A stretch of 64,000 bases of DNA from Zygnema circumcarinatum SAG 698-1b (lineage: Eukaryota > Plantae > Zygnematophyceae): positions 1,201,492-1,265,491 of the forward strand of contig CM074822.1 in NCBI GenBank assembly GCA_037447605.1, in the 5' to 3' direction. The notes beneath the pieces are model-generated. The model searched no databases. It saw only the letters and a list, made by a program, of their open reading frames with translations, and was not told where the DNA came from. A program made the translations under genes and the position numbers. This document shows, piece by piece, positions 1 to 23,796 of the stretch; the first letter of the stretch is position 1, and every line of letters starts with the position of its first letter.

Positions 1-3000
1 TCCCGTCCTCTCCGCCGAGTTTGCATTCCGGGCGGCGGAACGAAAGCAGCCCGGCGAGGGCAGCCAAATTTGTGGCATCAATTACATTTCTGCCCCGACC
101 TACCTCTCAGGTAAGCATTCATGAAAAGCATTCATGACATGCAACAATTGACAGAATCATAAACTTTTACTTTTAATTCTAAAAATTCTGCACTTTTTTG
201 GCTTCCTAAACATGTCAACATTGAAACCTACTTTCATACATACCCGCCATTGTCAAGAACATGGCAGTCGATTCGTAGAGCCCAAACATATCGCCCCGCT
301 ACAACACATAGAGCTTCCATGTCGATTGCTCTGCTTTCCCTACACCACTTCAAACCCAAATCTCTATCAAATTCCACTCAAATTCTACCCAAATTCCAAC
401 CAAAACCCTTCACCAAAACCAATCTGAATTCCCCACCAAAGAGAAAAGAAAAACCCATCTGAAGATTGCAATTAAACTTCCTTCCCAAACCCAATTAACA
501 ACCTTCTAAACCAACCAGTCCTACCTCAGCCCTCTATCCACAATTCTCCCAAGCTCAACTGCCGCTATACTTGGTCGGCCGGGTTCAAAGCTTGGGTCCG
601 CCATGGCTGAAAACTCCGTCGAAATGAAGAGGGAGCCCTCCGATGGGCGGTCCGGGAAGGGAGAGGAAAGCTCCGCACTCACAACCGCCATCACACGCGT
701 TCTGCCAAGTTGGACTTCCGCAGTTCCATCCGTCCTGTTCCGTTTTCCGTTGGGTTAAGTGGAACACAAGATGAGTAAGGTTGAAAGGATGTAGAGGGAA
801 GGGGTGGGGGGAAGGGGGTTGGGAGGGGGGAGGGAAGGGGGAGGGAGGGGAGGGGAGGAGGGAGGGAGGGGGGAGGGAAGGGGAAGGGAGGGGGAGGGAG
901 GGGGAGGGGGAGGGAAGGAGGAGGGAGGGAGGGAGGGGAGGGAGGGAGGAGGGGAGGGGAGGGGAGGGAAGGGGAAGGGGAGGGAGGAGGGAGGGAGGGG
1001 AGGGGGAGGGAAGAGTGGGGGGGGTGGGAGGGGAGGGAAGGGGGGAGGGAAGGGGAAGGGAGGGGGAGGGGAGGGAGGGGGAGGGAAGGGGGAGGGAGGG
1101 GGAGGGAAGGGGGAGGGAAGGGGGATAGGGGAAGAAAGGGGGTGGGAGGAGGGGAGGGAAGGGGAAGGGGTGGGGAGGGTGGGGGAGGGAAGGGGGAGGG
1201 AGGGGGGAGGGAAGGGGAAGGGAGGGGGGAGGGGAAGGGACGGGGGAGGGAAGGGGGGAGCGGGGGAGTGGGGAGGGAAGGGGGAGGGAGGGGAGGGTGG
1301 GAGGGGGAGGGAAGGGGGAGGGAGGGGAGGTGGGGAAGGGGAGGGATGAGGAGGGAAGGGGAAGGGAGGGGGAGGGAGGGGGGAGGGAAGGGGAGGAGGG
1401 AGGGAGGGAGGGGAGGGAGGGGAGGGAAAGGAAGAGGGGGCTGGGAGGGGGAAGGTGGAGGGAAGGTGAAGGGAGGGGGAGGGAGGGAGGGGGAAGGGGA
1501 GGGAGGGGGTTGGGAGGGGGAAGGGGGAGGGAAGTGGGAGGGAGGTGGGGATGGGGAGGGACGGGGGAGGAAAGGGGGGGGTGGGAGGGGGAAGGGATAG
1601 GGGAGGTGGGGGTGGATGGGGGAGGGAAGGGGAGAGGGAGGGAGGGGAGGGAAGGGAATGGAGGAGGGAGGGGGAGGGAGGGGGAGGGAGGGGGAGGGAA
1701 GGGGGAGGAGGGGAGGGAAGGGGGAGGGGAAGGGACGGGGAGGGAAGGGGAGGGAGGGGGAGGGGAGGGAGGGGGAGGGAAGGAGGAGGGAGGGGAGGGG
1801 GAAGGGGGAGGGAAGGGGAAGGGAGGGGGAGGGGAGGGAGGGAGGGTGGGGGGGTTTGGGAAAGCAAAATGGGAGGAAGAAGGCATTGGGAGAGTGAGTG
1901 GAGAGAGGGGGGGAGAGAAAAAGGGAGAGAAAGACAAGAGAAAGTGAGGGATCGGGAGGGAGAGAGAGGGCGGAAGGGGAAAAGAAAGAGGGAGAGTGAG
2001 GGAAGAGATGGGGAGATAGAGGGAGAAGAGGTTGAGAGAGGAAGGAGAGCAGAGGAGGCAGAGAGTGGGGAGGAGAAAGTAAGGGAGTGGGAGGAGAGAA
2101 AGAGAGGGGGCGAGAAGAGAGGAGTGAGGGGAGGGAAGGGTGATGGGAAGAGAGAGCGTGGGGGGAGGGGAAAAGAGAAGGGAAGGGGGTTTGGAGACAC
2201 AAAAAGAGGAAGTGAGAGAGGAGGGAGAGAGAGGGGGGGAGAATGAGAAGATAGGGGGAGCGAGAGTTTGGGTGAGGAAGTGAGGGGAGTCGGGAGGGAG
2301 AGAATGAGAAGAGAGATAGAAAGTGTAAGAGTGAGGAGAAGTGAGCGCGGTCACCGGGCGGGAGAGCGAGAGGTCGGAGGGAGGGAGGGAGGGAGGGAGG
2401 GAGGGAGGGAGGGAGGGAGGGATGGAGAAGAGGTTGTGGGTAGCGTCTACAGAGAGACACTGGATTAGGTTTAAATGAAGGCATTGGTATTTTCCTTTCT
2501 TTAAACTGTGAAATATCTCCTTAGGAGTTTTTCAGTTTACTAGAATCATCGCAGTATATTTTCTTTTGAATCTTCATGGGTTTAGAGTCCTAATGCTTTT
2601 GGATGCTTCTTGATTTAAAAGTTGGGATTTTCGTCAATTGAGGGTGGTTGTTCTGGTTTCTGATTCTGAGTCTGAGGACCAAATAACTAATAACTAGTCT
2701 AAAATATTTAGGGTTTTCATGGCATTAAGCGAGTTTAAACGTCCCGTAGAGATCTCAACCTTCCGAGGGTTAACCCTAACCCTAAACCCTTAACACTAAA
2801 ATCTAACCTTTAAACCCTAACCCAGAAACCCGAACCCTAACCCTAAACCGATAACCCTAACCCTAAAACCCTAACCCTGCTGCCCTAACCCTAAAATCCA
2901 AACTCTAACCTAACCCTAACCAGAAAATAAAATGCTTGAGCCATTTCTGGGGTTCAGGATCCCACCTTCTTTAAGGCCTGCGGGGTTTTTCCGAAAATAA

Positions 3001-3186
3001 AAGAAAAAAAAGGGGTCAGAAATTGAGCTGCCCTAAACCCTAACCCTAAAGTCCTAACCCTCCTTACCGGCCAAACTCGATTATCGCCGGCCGGTAATCG
3101 AACGGCCGCCGGCCGTCAACGCGGATGTCGGCCGACAGAGCTTCCAATATGAACTCGCGCTCGTTCTTGGAAACTTCCTCCGCCAT
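1..3186 (-). CDS. RRP45: Exosome complex core subunit RRP45 (EXOSC9-like, RNase PH family); 4 exons in window, C-terminus outside
   Basis: Exons 3186-3068, 734-525, 339-244 and 89-<1, all GT-AG and all phase 2. They translate to [32 protein letters not shown]...[21 protein letters not shown]...[15 protein letters not shown]...[66 protein letters not shown], which matches plant RRP45 motifs. The supplied ORF track misses this gene. Confidence 0.93.
781..2440. repeat. Polypurine (GGGA/GGA/GA-rich) low-complexity tract in RRP45 intron 1 (pyrimidine-rich on the sense strand)
   Basis: About 1.66 kb of almost exclusively G and A on the + strand. It is the source of the poly-Pro and Gly/Arg/Glu ORFs in the track. 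Confidence 0.95.
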
Positions 3187-3450
3187 CCCTGAACCCTGAG
3201 CCCTCCCTTAAACCCTAAAACTGCAGGCCCTTGGTGTAACCATTCGGCTCTGAACCCTAAAAAACAACCGTAACCCCTAAACCCTGAACCCTAAAACCTA
3301 AACCCTAAACCCTAAACCCTAAGCTTAGACCTTTAACCCTCAATCGTCAACCCTAAACCCTAATCCAACACCCTAAACCTTAAACCCTAAGGCGCTTCCT
3401 TCACCTCTCGAAACCTGAACCCTGAATCGCTTTTAATTCCGGAAACCCTA
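2771..3450. repeat. Degenerate interstitial telomere-like repeats (CCCTAA/CCCTAAA) on both sides of RRP45 exon 1
   Basis: Runs of aaccctaa/aaaccctaa at about 2771-2920, 3030-3060 and 3190-3450. Confidence 0.85.
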
Positions 3451-3479
3451 AAAAATTAACTTCGAAAAGAGGCTAGAAA

Positions 3480-3910
3480 TCGATTGACCGTACAATGTCT
3501 AGCCTGGACCAATCAGAACGCGCCACCTGTTAACGTGCCGACGTGGCAAGCTGTGATTGGCCCTCACTTGTGTACTTTTTTTTCGGTTTGCTGAAGCTAC
3601 ATGCGCTAAACGACAAAGAAAATCAAGTAGATTGGTCTCACTTCCAGTTGAGGCCACCGTTAAAGGATTTGAAAACGGAACTGGTCTGGAATTTCGGAGC
3701 ATGGAACAGGTGAATTTCGGCCGTACGGTTTTTTGTCCACCCGATGATGGCCTTGTGGGTCCAAGGGGTCCATCGGATGGCCCCCCCCTGGAACTGTACG
3801 TCACCGTACGTTCGTACCATCGTAGCATGACCGTACTGAAGGTGTACCGACAAGGACAACGGACGGCTGGATTGATTCACAAGTGTGAAGTCGGAATCGT
3901 ACGGATGAAA
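3480..3910. promoter_or_regulatory. Probable shared (divergent) promoter of RRP45 and the GT92 gene
   Basis: Lies between two head-to-head start codons (3186 - and 4458 +). Contains CCAAT/ATTGG, ACGTGG and 9 GTAC motifs. Function is inferred from position only. Confidence 0.45.
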
Positions 3911-4457
3911 ATTAATTATCTATGTGTAAGAATGTTGAAGGGTTGTTGAGCGTTGAATTTTTCACTTTGGCGTTGTTCACAGTTCCTTTAAAGTTAAAAG
4001 GTTTTGTCGTTCTATGAGCATAGAACCCCTGTTGAACTTCTCCTGGGAGTGTTTGTCCGTCCAGCTGTCTATCCGTTTTCTCTCCCTCTCCTCCATCTCC
4101 CACGCTCTCTCTCTCCATCTATCTGCCCCTTCCCTCCCTCTCTCTCCCTCCCTCCCGCTCCCTCCCTCTCCCTCTCCCTCTCCCTCTCCCTCCCTTGCTC
4201 TCCCCTTCCTCTCTCCCTCCCCGTCCTCTTTCTCTCTCTCTCTCTACCTTTTGCAGTCTCTCCGAAATCTCCTTCCTTCACTCTCTCTGGAATGGCTGCT
4301 GGATCTGCTTGGATCAACGCTGCGCTGCAGCTTGCAGAAGATTACATAGAGCCCTCCGCCATTTCCGATTGCTAGAAGAAGAAGGAGGAGGCCCTCCCCT
4401 CCCCTCCCCTCCCCGGGCTGGTTATGCTGCTCTGCCTCCTCCTCCCTTCCTCGGGCG

Positions 4458-10071
<5,614 letters not shown>

Positions 10072-13000
10072 AAGGAGCTGCTGTTTCAAAGAAGATTGCT
10101 TCTAAAAACCTCCAAAATAGCTCCAAAAAACGCTCTCAAAAAACCGAATAACACGCCTTTCCGTCAGAGAATACCGGCTGGTAATTTATCCTGTTCTCGG
10201 ACCCCCCACTAATGGAGGAAAACCTCCACTGCCTTGCAAGGAGATACATGTGAGAAGTCTCCTCTTCAGTTAGAATTAACAAAATTAGAAGGATGTTAGA
10301 GTTTCATGTGCTTGTTCGCACGGCTACTCCGCATTCGGACCTTACCCATTTAGAGAGAAGAAGGGGAAGGCGGGAGGTCCGATTCCGGAGTGAAACGTTG
10401 CGAAGAAATAGGGAGAGAAAGGTTTTTGGTTAGAAGACTCAATCTCCCAAATTTCCGATTTCTGGAAAGGCCTGGAAGGCTGTTGGATGTTGCCAGCTGC
10501 TTTTTGATAGAGATGGTAAGAGCTCTTCTCTTCCCTCCCCATCCCCCTCCCCCTCCCCCACTCCCTTCCCCCCTCCCCACTTTCCCCTCCCCTCTCCGCT
10601 CTCTCCTCTCTCCTCTCCCCTCTCCCCTNNNNNNNNNNCTTCTTCATTCCATTCCCCCCTCCTCCTTCCCTCCTCCCCCCAGTTCTTTCTATCTCTGCCG
10701 CTTCCTTCCACGTCTGCAGCACCACCTCCCCTTCTCGTTCCCATCCGCCCAATGGAGCACTTGTTGCAATGCCCAACTCCCTCCCTCTCTCTTCCTCTTC
10801 TCTCGCTCTCGCTCCCCCTCTCCATCCCTCCCCTTGTCCCCCTTCCATTCTGCTTATCTCTCTCACCCCATCCTCCCTCCCTCCCTCCCTCGTCCCTCCC
10901 TCCCCTCTACCTCTTGACCTATTGCACCCCTCTTTCCCTCTTCACCTCTTCCCAACCCCTCTCTTCCCTATTACTCCCTCCTTTCCCAGTAAGTTTGTCT
11001 TTAGCTGATGGGTCCCTTTGTTGGGGTGATGCAGGCGACCAGTACCACTTTGTCTTCTACAATAGAAACAGGTTTAGTGTACCGTTATTGCTGGTGGTTT
11101 CATTGGGAAGATGAGTTGTTTTTATGACGGGAAGCCTACTGAAACCTGGGCTGCTTAGCAAAGGGTGGGGTTTCGAAATTGAGAAAAAAAAATATGTGTT
11201 CCTTCTCGTCCACGTCAGAGTCCTCGAGCAGTACACAGTAGGGCACATTTTTTCCAAACTCCTAAAAAGAAAAATCAGAAATGTTTTTGTGAACAATATT
11301 TGGGCATGTTGTACGTTGATTACGAAGTGTCTCAGCGTTTTTTCGGTTTTCTTCCTGCCTCTCTCTCTCTCCTCCCTTTCCCTCTTCTCTCTCTCTCCCA
11401 CTCTCCCTCCTCCTCTCCCTCCCCCTCTCCCTCCCCCTCTTCCTCCCTCTCTCTATCCTTCTCGCCTTGCCCTCCCTCCACCCTCTCCCCTCTCCCCCAT
11501 GCCCTCCCCATAATCCTTAAGAAGTTACTTCCGATTCTATAATGGGAAGCAACTGTAAGTCTGAGTCAAATCCGCAATTCAAGCGCATTTGACAAAGGTT
11601 TACACTCCCTATTACTTGCTTTCTCCTACTAGTCAATAGAATCTTTTTTTTAGTATGTAAATTTTCTGCCATAAATTGATTGTGTTACCCATCGTTCATG
11701 TGTTACAATGAAACTGGCACGTGCGGACTAATGCAGGTACTTGGTTCAGAGTGTGAACTCTCGTGCTAGATGGGCTGAAGCAAAACGACTCAATGCGATC
11801 TTGGAGACCAGGAGGGCTCTTTCGGAAGAAAGCATGACATGCTCCTTGAAAACAAACATAAGAACTGATTGCCAAGCAATGGAGCAGTAACTGTTATTTT
11901 GCATGACTATTGCAGATGCGTTCCATTGAATTACTTGAAACATGAGGCACAGAAACCTTCGAGATGGTCCTTCGATGCGAGGGGTGAGGAATGGGCTGTA
12001 ACGAAATGGCAGGTGGACTGTTTACGGGACGGGAGCGGAAACGGAAACGGTTCACGTGTCCACGGAACGGCGTGGAGTCACGTCAATCAGTGGGTGCATG
12101 TGCTTAGTTTAGGGATCAGTTCAGTTTCAGTCAATGGTGACACACTGACATGGACACAATCCCATCCCATTACAGTCTGCCTACACCATTGGCAGATCGC
12201 CCTTCAAAACTTTGCCGACACATAGAACCTCTCCTTTATAAAGTACCCCCACCATACCATGCCACATCCAACCCCATCATCGCACACTTCCATACATCCA
12301 AACTCGTATCTCATAGGGTCGCAACCCCAACACGTTCTTTCATGAATATGGCCTCACGGGCCTTTGATTCTGTTTCCTCTGCCTCCGGCTTCATAAAACA
12401 TCCTCTCCCAGAAAGAGCTTGTCAGTCCGTCTCCACATATCACTGACGGCCTGCACTAAGTCAGCGCTGGGCTCTTGTGCCCGGCCCTGCTGCTATCCTC
12501 GCCTGAAGAATGAACCCATTATCCCACTCTCACTCTCCTCTCCTCACCTCTCCTCTCCCTAACCCTCCCTCTCCCTCTCTCCGCCTACCTCCCCACTCCC
12601 TCACTCCAGCAGGCAGGGTCTGTGACCCTCTGCCATTAACAATGAGCAGCCTGTGGGCGCTGTACACGGGCAGTAAATATGCTACAGAGCATTGGCCCCA
12701 ATACACCCCCTGATAAGCTCTCTCTCAGCTGCTCTCACACAGCAGACTTCCGCTACCGACTTGGAGGGAAAGAGCGAGAGGGAGAGAGAGATAGATAGAG
12801 ACCGTGAGAGAGAGGGCAGGGAGGGAGGGAGGGGACTCGCGTGCGCCCTGACAAGCACGCCAAGGCATGTCAAGTAGGTGCGGAAAAATAAGGCCAACCT
12901 AACCAGCTCGCAGCAGTACGCGCTTACCCTAATTTCGACCCCTTTGGTCTCTCCGAGCGCCTACAGATTCCATAATGGGGTGAGCATAATAGCTCCCTAA

Positions 13001-13133
13001 GGCTCCACTATTCAGCCGCCCGCTCTGCCCTGCATTAGGGTTCACTATAGAATACAATGCGAGCTCCGACAACAAATTTACGCCCATTTCAACGGCCGGA
13101 AAAAGACAAAGAAAAACAGAAACAAATCTACCC

Positions 13134-17196
<4,063 letters not shown>

Positions 17197-18173
17197 CCTC
17201 TCCCTCGTTCCCTCTCCTTCCCTTCTCTCTATCTCTCTCTCTCTCTCTCTCACTCACTCTCCCGCTCTCTTCCTCTTCCTCTCCTTCGGCCTCCTTTCGC
17301 TCCCTCTCACACTCCTTCCCACTTCCCTCCTTCCCCGCCCACTCTCTCCCTCCCTCTCCCACTCTCTCTCCTCCCTCTCTCCCTCCCTCTCCCACTCTCT
17401 CCTTCTCCCTCTCTCTCCGTCCCTCCTTCCTCAGCTCCCTTTCTGTGTTTCTCCTCGACTCTCCGACCCTCTCCCTGTCCCCCTCTCTTTCCCTTTCCCT
17501 CTCTCTCTCCCTCTCTTTCTTGCCGCCGCTCGCGCTGTTCGCACCAAAAACCCTGGCGGCGCACAAATAGGGTCCAGGGCCACCGGCGGCGGCGCGAACA
17601 CCATTGGTGGATCGGGTCGTCGCACGTGCGGAAACTAAACGGAACGGCTCGCCCGTTCCGTGTCAAAACTGCGACCAACGGAGGACCCAACCAGGAACCG
17701 TCACGCAACTTGCGAAGGAAAAAAAGAATTTGGATGGTGGGGACGGCAAAAGGAAACGGGGAGAAAAAAGGAAAAAAACAGGGCAGAAAAAAAAACGTTT
17801 TTTTATACGTCAATGTTTTTTTCCGGGTAATATTGGCCAATGGCAACACGGAATCAGCAGTTTTTGCGCGTGTCAGGAAGGAGAATTTTTTTCGGGTAGG
17901 CTCTGAAAGTTTTTTGGAAGGGGAGGGGCAACTTGAAAGGAAATCTTTGGGGTTTCGTCCTCCGTAGACGGTTAGAGGTCTCAAATTTCCTCCAATCACA
18001 AATCGGCACGTCAGAAAACCTTTGACGTGGCGCATCTTCATTGGCCGATGTCATCTTGACTTTTCCCACATTTGCGGAACCCCATTTTCCGGTGTGCGAG
18101 AAAATGCAATTTCAATTTTTTTTTTTGTCTTGAACGGTTAAGGTTTCGTTTTCAAGATTCAACTTCATTCAAT

Positions 18174-18222
18174 TTTGCTGACGTGGTTCAAGTTTGCTGA
18201 CGTGGTTCAAGTTTGCTGACGT
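18174..18222. promoter_or_regulatory. Triplicated 19-bp unit TTTGCTGACGTGGTTCAAG containing the TGACG(T) bZIP-type core, upstream of the helicase
   Basis: Two full copies and one partial copy are visible. The regulatory role is inferred. Confidence 0.4.
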
Positions 18223-18383
18223 CATCTCGCACATGCGACATTTGAAGGTCAATCAATTGACGCTCGTTGAAAAACTTTGTTTCGGAGGTTTGCAGACTTT
18301 CCGCTTCAGTTTCCAACTCCGGACCTTCAACCAGTTAAGTTGAATGAACCATAGAAACACAGTTTGAAGCATGTGACGACAAT

Positions 18384-18952
18384 CCCTAAAATGGGCTTAC
18401 ACCCTAACAAGGGCTGAAACCCTACAATGGGCTGAAACCCTACAATGGGCTGATACCCTACAATGGGCTTACACCCTAATATGGGCTTACACCCTAAAAT
18501 GGGCTTACACCCTAAATGGGCTGAAACCCTACAATGGGCTTACACCCTAAAATGGGCTGAAACCCTACAATGGGCTGATACCCTACAATGGGCTTACACC
18601 CTAAAATGGGCTTACACCCTAAAATGGGCTTACACCCTAAATGGGCTGAAACCCTACAATGGGCTTAAAACTGAAACCCTACAATGGGCTGATACCCTAC
18701 AATGGGCTTACACCCTAAAATGGGCTGAAACCCTACAATGGGCTTACACCCTAAAATGGGCTGAAACCCTACAATGGGCTGATACCCTACAATGGGCTTA
18801 CACCCTAATATGGGCTTACACCCTAAAATGGGCTTACACCCTAAATGGGCTGAAACCCTACAATGGGCTTACACCCTAAAGTGTGCTTAAAACTTAAAAT
18901 GGGCAGGAACCCTACAATGGGCTAACACCCCAAAATGGGCTTAAACACTAAA
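18384..18952. repeat. 18-bp minisatellite of ~31 units (ATGGGCTGAAACCCTACA / ATGGGCTTACACCCTAAA / ATGGGCTGATACCCTACA)
   Basis: Tandem units read directly from the sequence. They are the source of the (WAxTLx)n ORF at 18463-18879. Confidence 0.95.
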
Positions 18953-21013
18953 GTGAGCTTCATCCATTGAACGGCGATAATGACTCTTGTATGGCCTTTA
19001 GCTTGAGTGAAGCGGAAGCTTTAAGGAGAGAGCCGAGTTGATGAAGATGATGGAGAAAAAAAGACCTTTCAAAAACTCCGAAGAACTCCATTAGGGCATA
19101 TCAGACTTAATCCGTTTCTCGAAATTATGAGACCAAAACAGATACTCCGGTGACACGGCGATACACCTGTAGGGTACTCCTTTAACTTTCTTTCGTAGGA
19201 TTTCGTTGTATCTGAACCCCTGTTGATGATGATTAGTCAGTCCATCAGTTTAATTTCATTTCGTAAACCTTTTCACTATTGCGACTCGAATCCACTGCAA
19301 AATATAGTTGTTTGATTGAAGGTGTGGGCAGCGAGCAGCCATTGGATAGATTGAGAGTTTTTATTGAGAAGGAAGGAAACTGTACCCACCAATGGACTAC
19401 AGCCCTTCTCGCTTGGTCAGTTAGCTTGATTAGATGCTGAATTTGTTTTAGAACCCGAAATTTTGGACACCTCCATACAACCAAGTAACCTAAGTTCAAA
19501 CTAGAATGCATAGGTACACCTACAGCGCACTTGCACAGGTAGTATCCAATAAATTGATAGAATATTAAAGTGGTGATATTGAAACCCTGATGATAAGCCC
19601 CTGATAAAGCTAGTCCAGTTCAGAAAAGAACGCTAAGAAAATTCTGAACGTGCAGACACGCCGACTATATTCATCAAATAGAAGAGCGCCAGTATCAACT
19701 CTGAATCCTAAATTAGAAACCTGCACATGTCCTGACCATTTGCTGATCATGATCATGTAGATGTTATCCATGATAACAACTGACATCATGCATACAGTAA
19801 TGACTGATGCTATGACTATGTGCTCATCATAGACGAGCGTGATGTCATCCAACAATAGCTTCATACCTTTCCTTGAAGACCGCCAAACCCTAGTTTTACT
19901 TATACATCAACTTTCTGCACAGCTTTAAAGCTCATCTTCCTGTACCGGTTTTCCTAACCTTCTTCCAACACTACCTCCCACCCTACTTCTAACCTTACTT
20001 TCAACCTTACCAGACTCTACAGAAAACCACACAGGCCTGCCTTCACCTGCAACACTTTTTACAGTACAGAGTCTGTTCCTCACAGAGACTAAAAGAATCA
20101 TACAATCAGACACGCAAAGAAAGGGCAAAACGACAACACTCCTATCCATCAATCTTCCGAGCTGCAACATCGTTTTAAGGAAAAAGTTCACCAAAACTGC
20201 CCTACCTGCACAGTAAGGACTCTACCAGGAAAAGTTCCCTTCCTCGAAACTGCATCCCCAGGCAGGATACAAAGCACACCTTCCAAGGCAAACGGCAGAC
20301 AGGTGGGTGTTTTATCTTTGGAATCATACAAAAAATCGTGCAAACAACCGTCATCCGCTCTTGAAACTCCTGTAATGAATCTGGAAAAAGGCCAATTCTA
20401 CTTTGGCCACCTGCCTAACCCTAAGTAATGACCAGAGACTGGAGGAACTGCTGCCTGTGCTCATACCATTGGCTCCCACCCCATCTCATCCCATCCCGTC
20501 TCATCTCATCTCATCTCACCATCTCTTCAGCACCAAAGTACACTCCTCACCAGGAACAGCAGCACAATGTGTGGACGAAAGCATAGAGATTGCCCTAGTA
20601 GTGGTACGTGGTGGAGGCAAACAACTGCCTGCGAGATAGGACTGTTCCAAATACCAGTATGGAATCCAAAGACCTTTTTTTCATGAGAAAGACACGTACG
20701 ACGAGAATTTTATCAGCGCAATCGTCAAGAAGGATCGATTCGATTGCCACCAATTTCACCAGCGACGAATGAGCCTGGACCCCCTCCATAATAAGAGCCA
20801 ACAAGAGAATCACCCTGAGTACAACTTCACATATGGGGTACTGCTGTTAGAGGGATACGAACTACTTCAAGCACATTGCTTCAGGAAAGAGGAAAGTACT
20901 TCTATGAAACATTTCAAAAACATAATTAATAGAGAAAACAAGGAAAGGGGCGCAAACGGCGAAAGTAAGCAAGTCTAGATTCAGCAAGAGGAGGCATCAG
21001 CACATACCTATGC

Positions 21014-23013
<2,000 letters not shown>

Positions 23014-23543
23014 GGCTCCTGCTCAACCTGCGCACGCGTGAAGTCATCCGAATCATTTTCATGGTTAAGCAGCATCCGTCTCCCAGCCACTATATCCTGC
23101 AAACTGCACTGCTCAATACAGCTTCTGCATCCTTCAAAAACCTAACCTGCTCTGCCTGACTCAACCAACCATCCAAAGACGATGACCAACCAACCAACGA
23201 ACTTAAGCATTCCACATGCATACCCCCCTCTTCCACCACACCGCCATCCAAAGCCTCCTTCAATTCGTCCTCTCAAAAAAGATCCAAAAATGATCCAAAT
23301 CGACCTAATTGCATCCAAAACCAAATAACCTCAGAGCAACGAAGCTTATGCAAACCGAACCTGCTCTTTCTGCTTCTCCGAAATCCGCAGAGAATGAAAG
23401 GTGATGATCCTTAAAGAGATAATGAAGGAGGCGAGATGATAGGCGGCGTGCAGGAGAAGGCAGAGGAGACGGGCAGACTTTGTCTCCTTCACCTACTGAT
23501 AGACAAAGAGACCAAAAAAGGGCTAGTTTTGAAAGGGAGGGCA

Positions 23544-23796
23544 TTCCTGCACTGAAAACTGTTTTCAGGAAACTTCACCAATGGGAGCACGTCACGTAGA
23601 CAGATTCTGTCACGTGGCGAGTCCCCATTGGGTAATGTCTGCACGCGGAGAGAGGAAAAAAGTCCGCTTTTGAAACGTACCAAGACAGAGGGGGGACCTT
23701 CCTGCACTGCAAAACTGCTTCAGGAAAACTCACCAATGGTAACACGTCACGTGGACAACTCTGCCACATGGCGCGTCCCCATTAGGCAATGTCTGC
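23544..23796. promoter_or_regulatory. Directly duplicated ~100-bp module (CCAAT plus ACGT/CACGTG boxes) upstream of actin
   Basis: Copies at 23544-23642 and 23699-23796 (period 155 bp), roughly 80% identical by eye. Confidence 0.6.

Noticed and set aside
585-2484. Long Pro-rich and Gly/Arg/Glu-rich ORFs (up to 597 aa) resembling extensins or formins
   Set aside because: They are products of a stop-free polypurine tract inside RRP45 intron 1 and are open in all six frames.
18463-18879. Repetitive Trp-rich ORF (WAETLQ/WAYTLK)n
   Set aside because: It is a translation of the 18-bp minisatellite with no independent coding evidence.
18384-18952. Possible CRISPR-like array
   Set aside because: The units are contiguous tandem repeats with no unique spacers, there are no cas genes, and the DNA is eukaryotic.
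19000-20400. Several 80-90 aa ORFs downstream of actin
   Set aside because: They have no recognisable homology or consistent exon structure.
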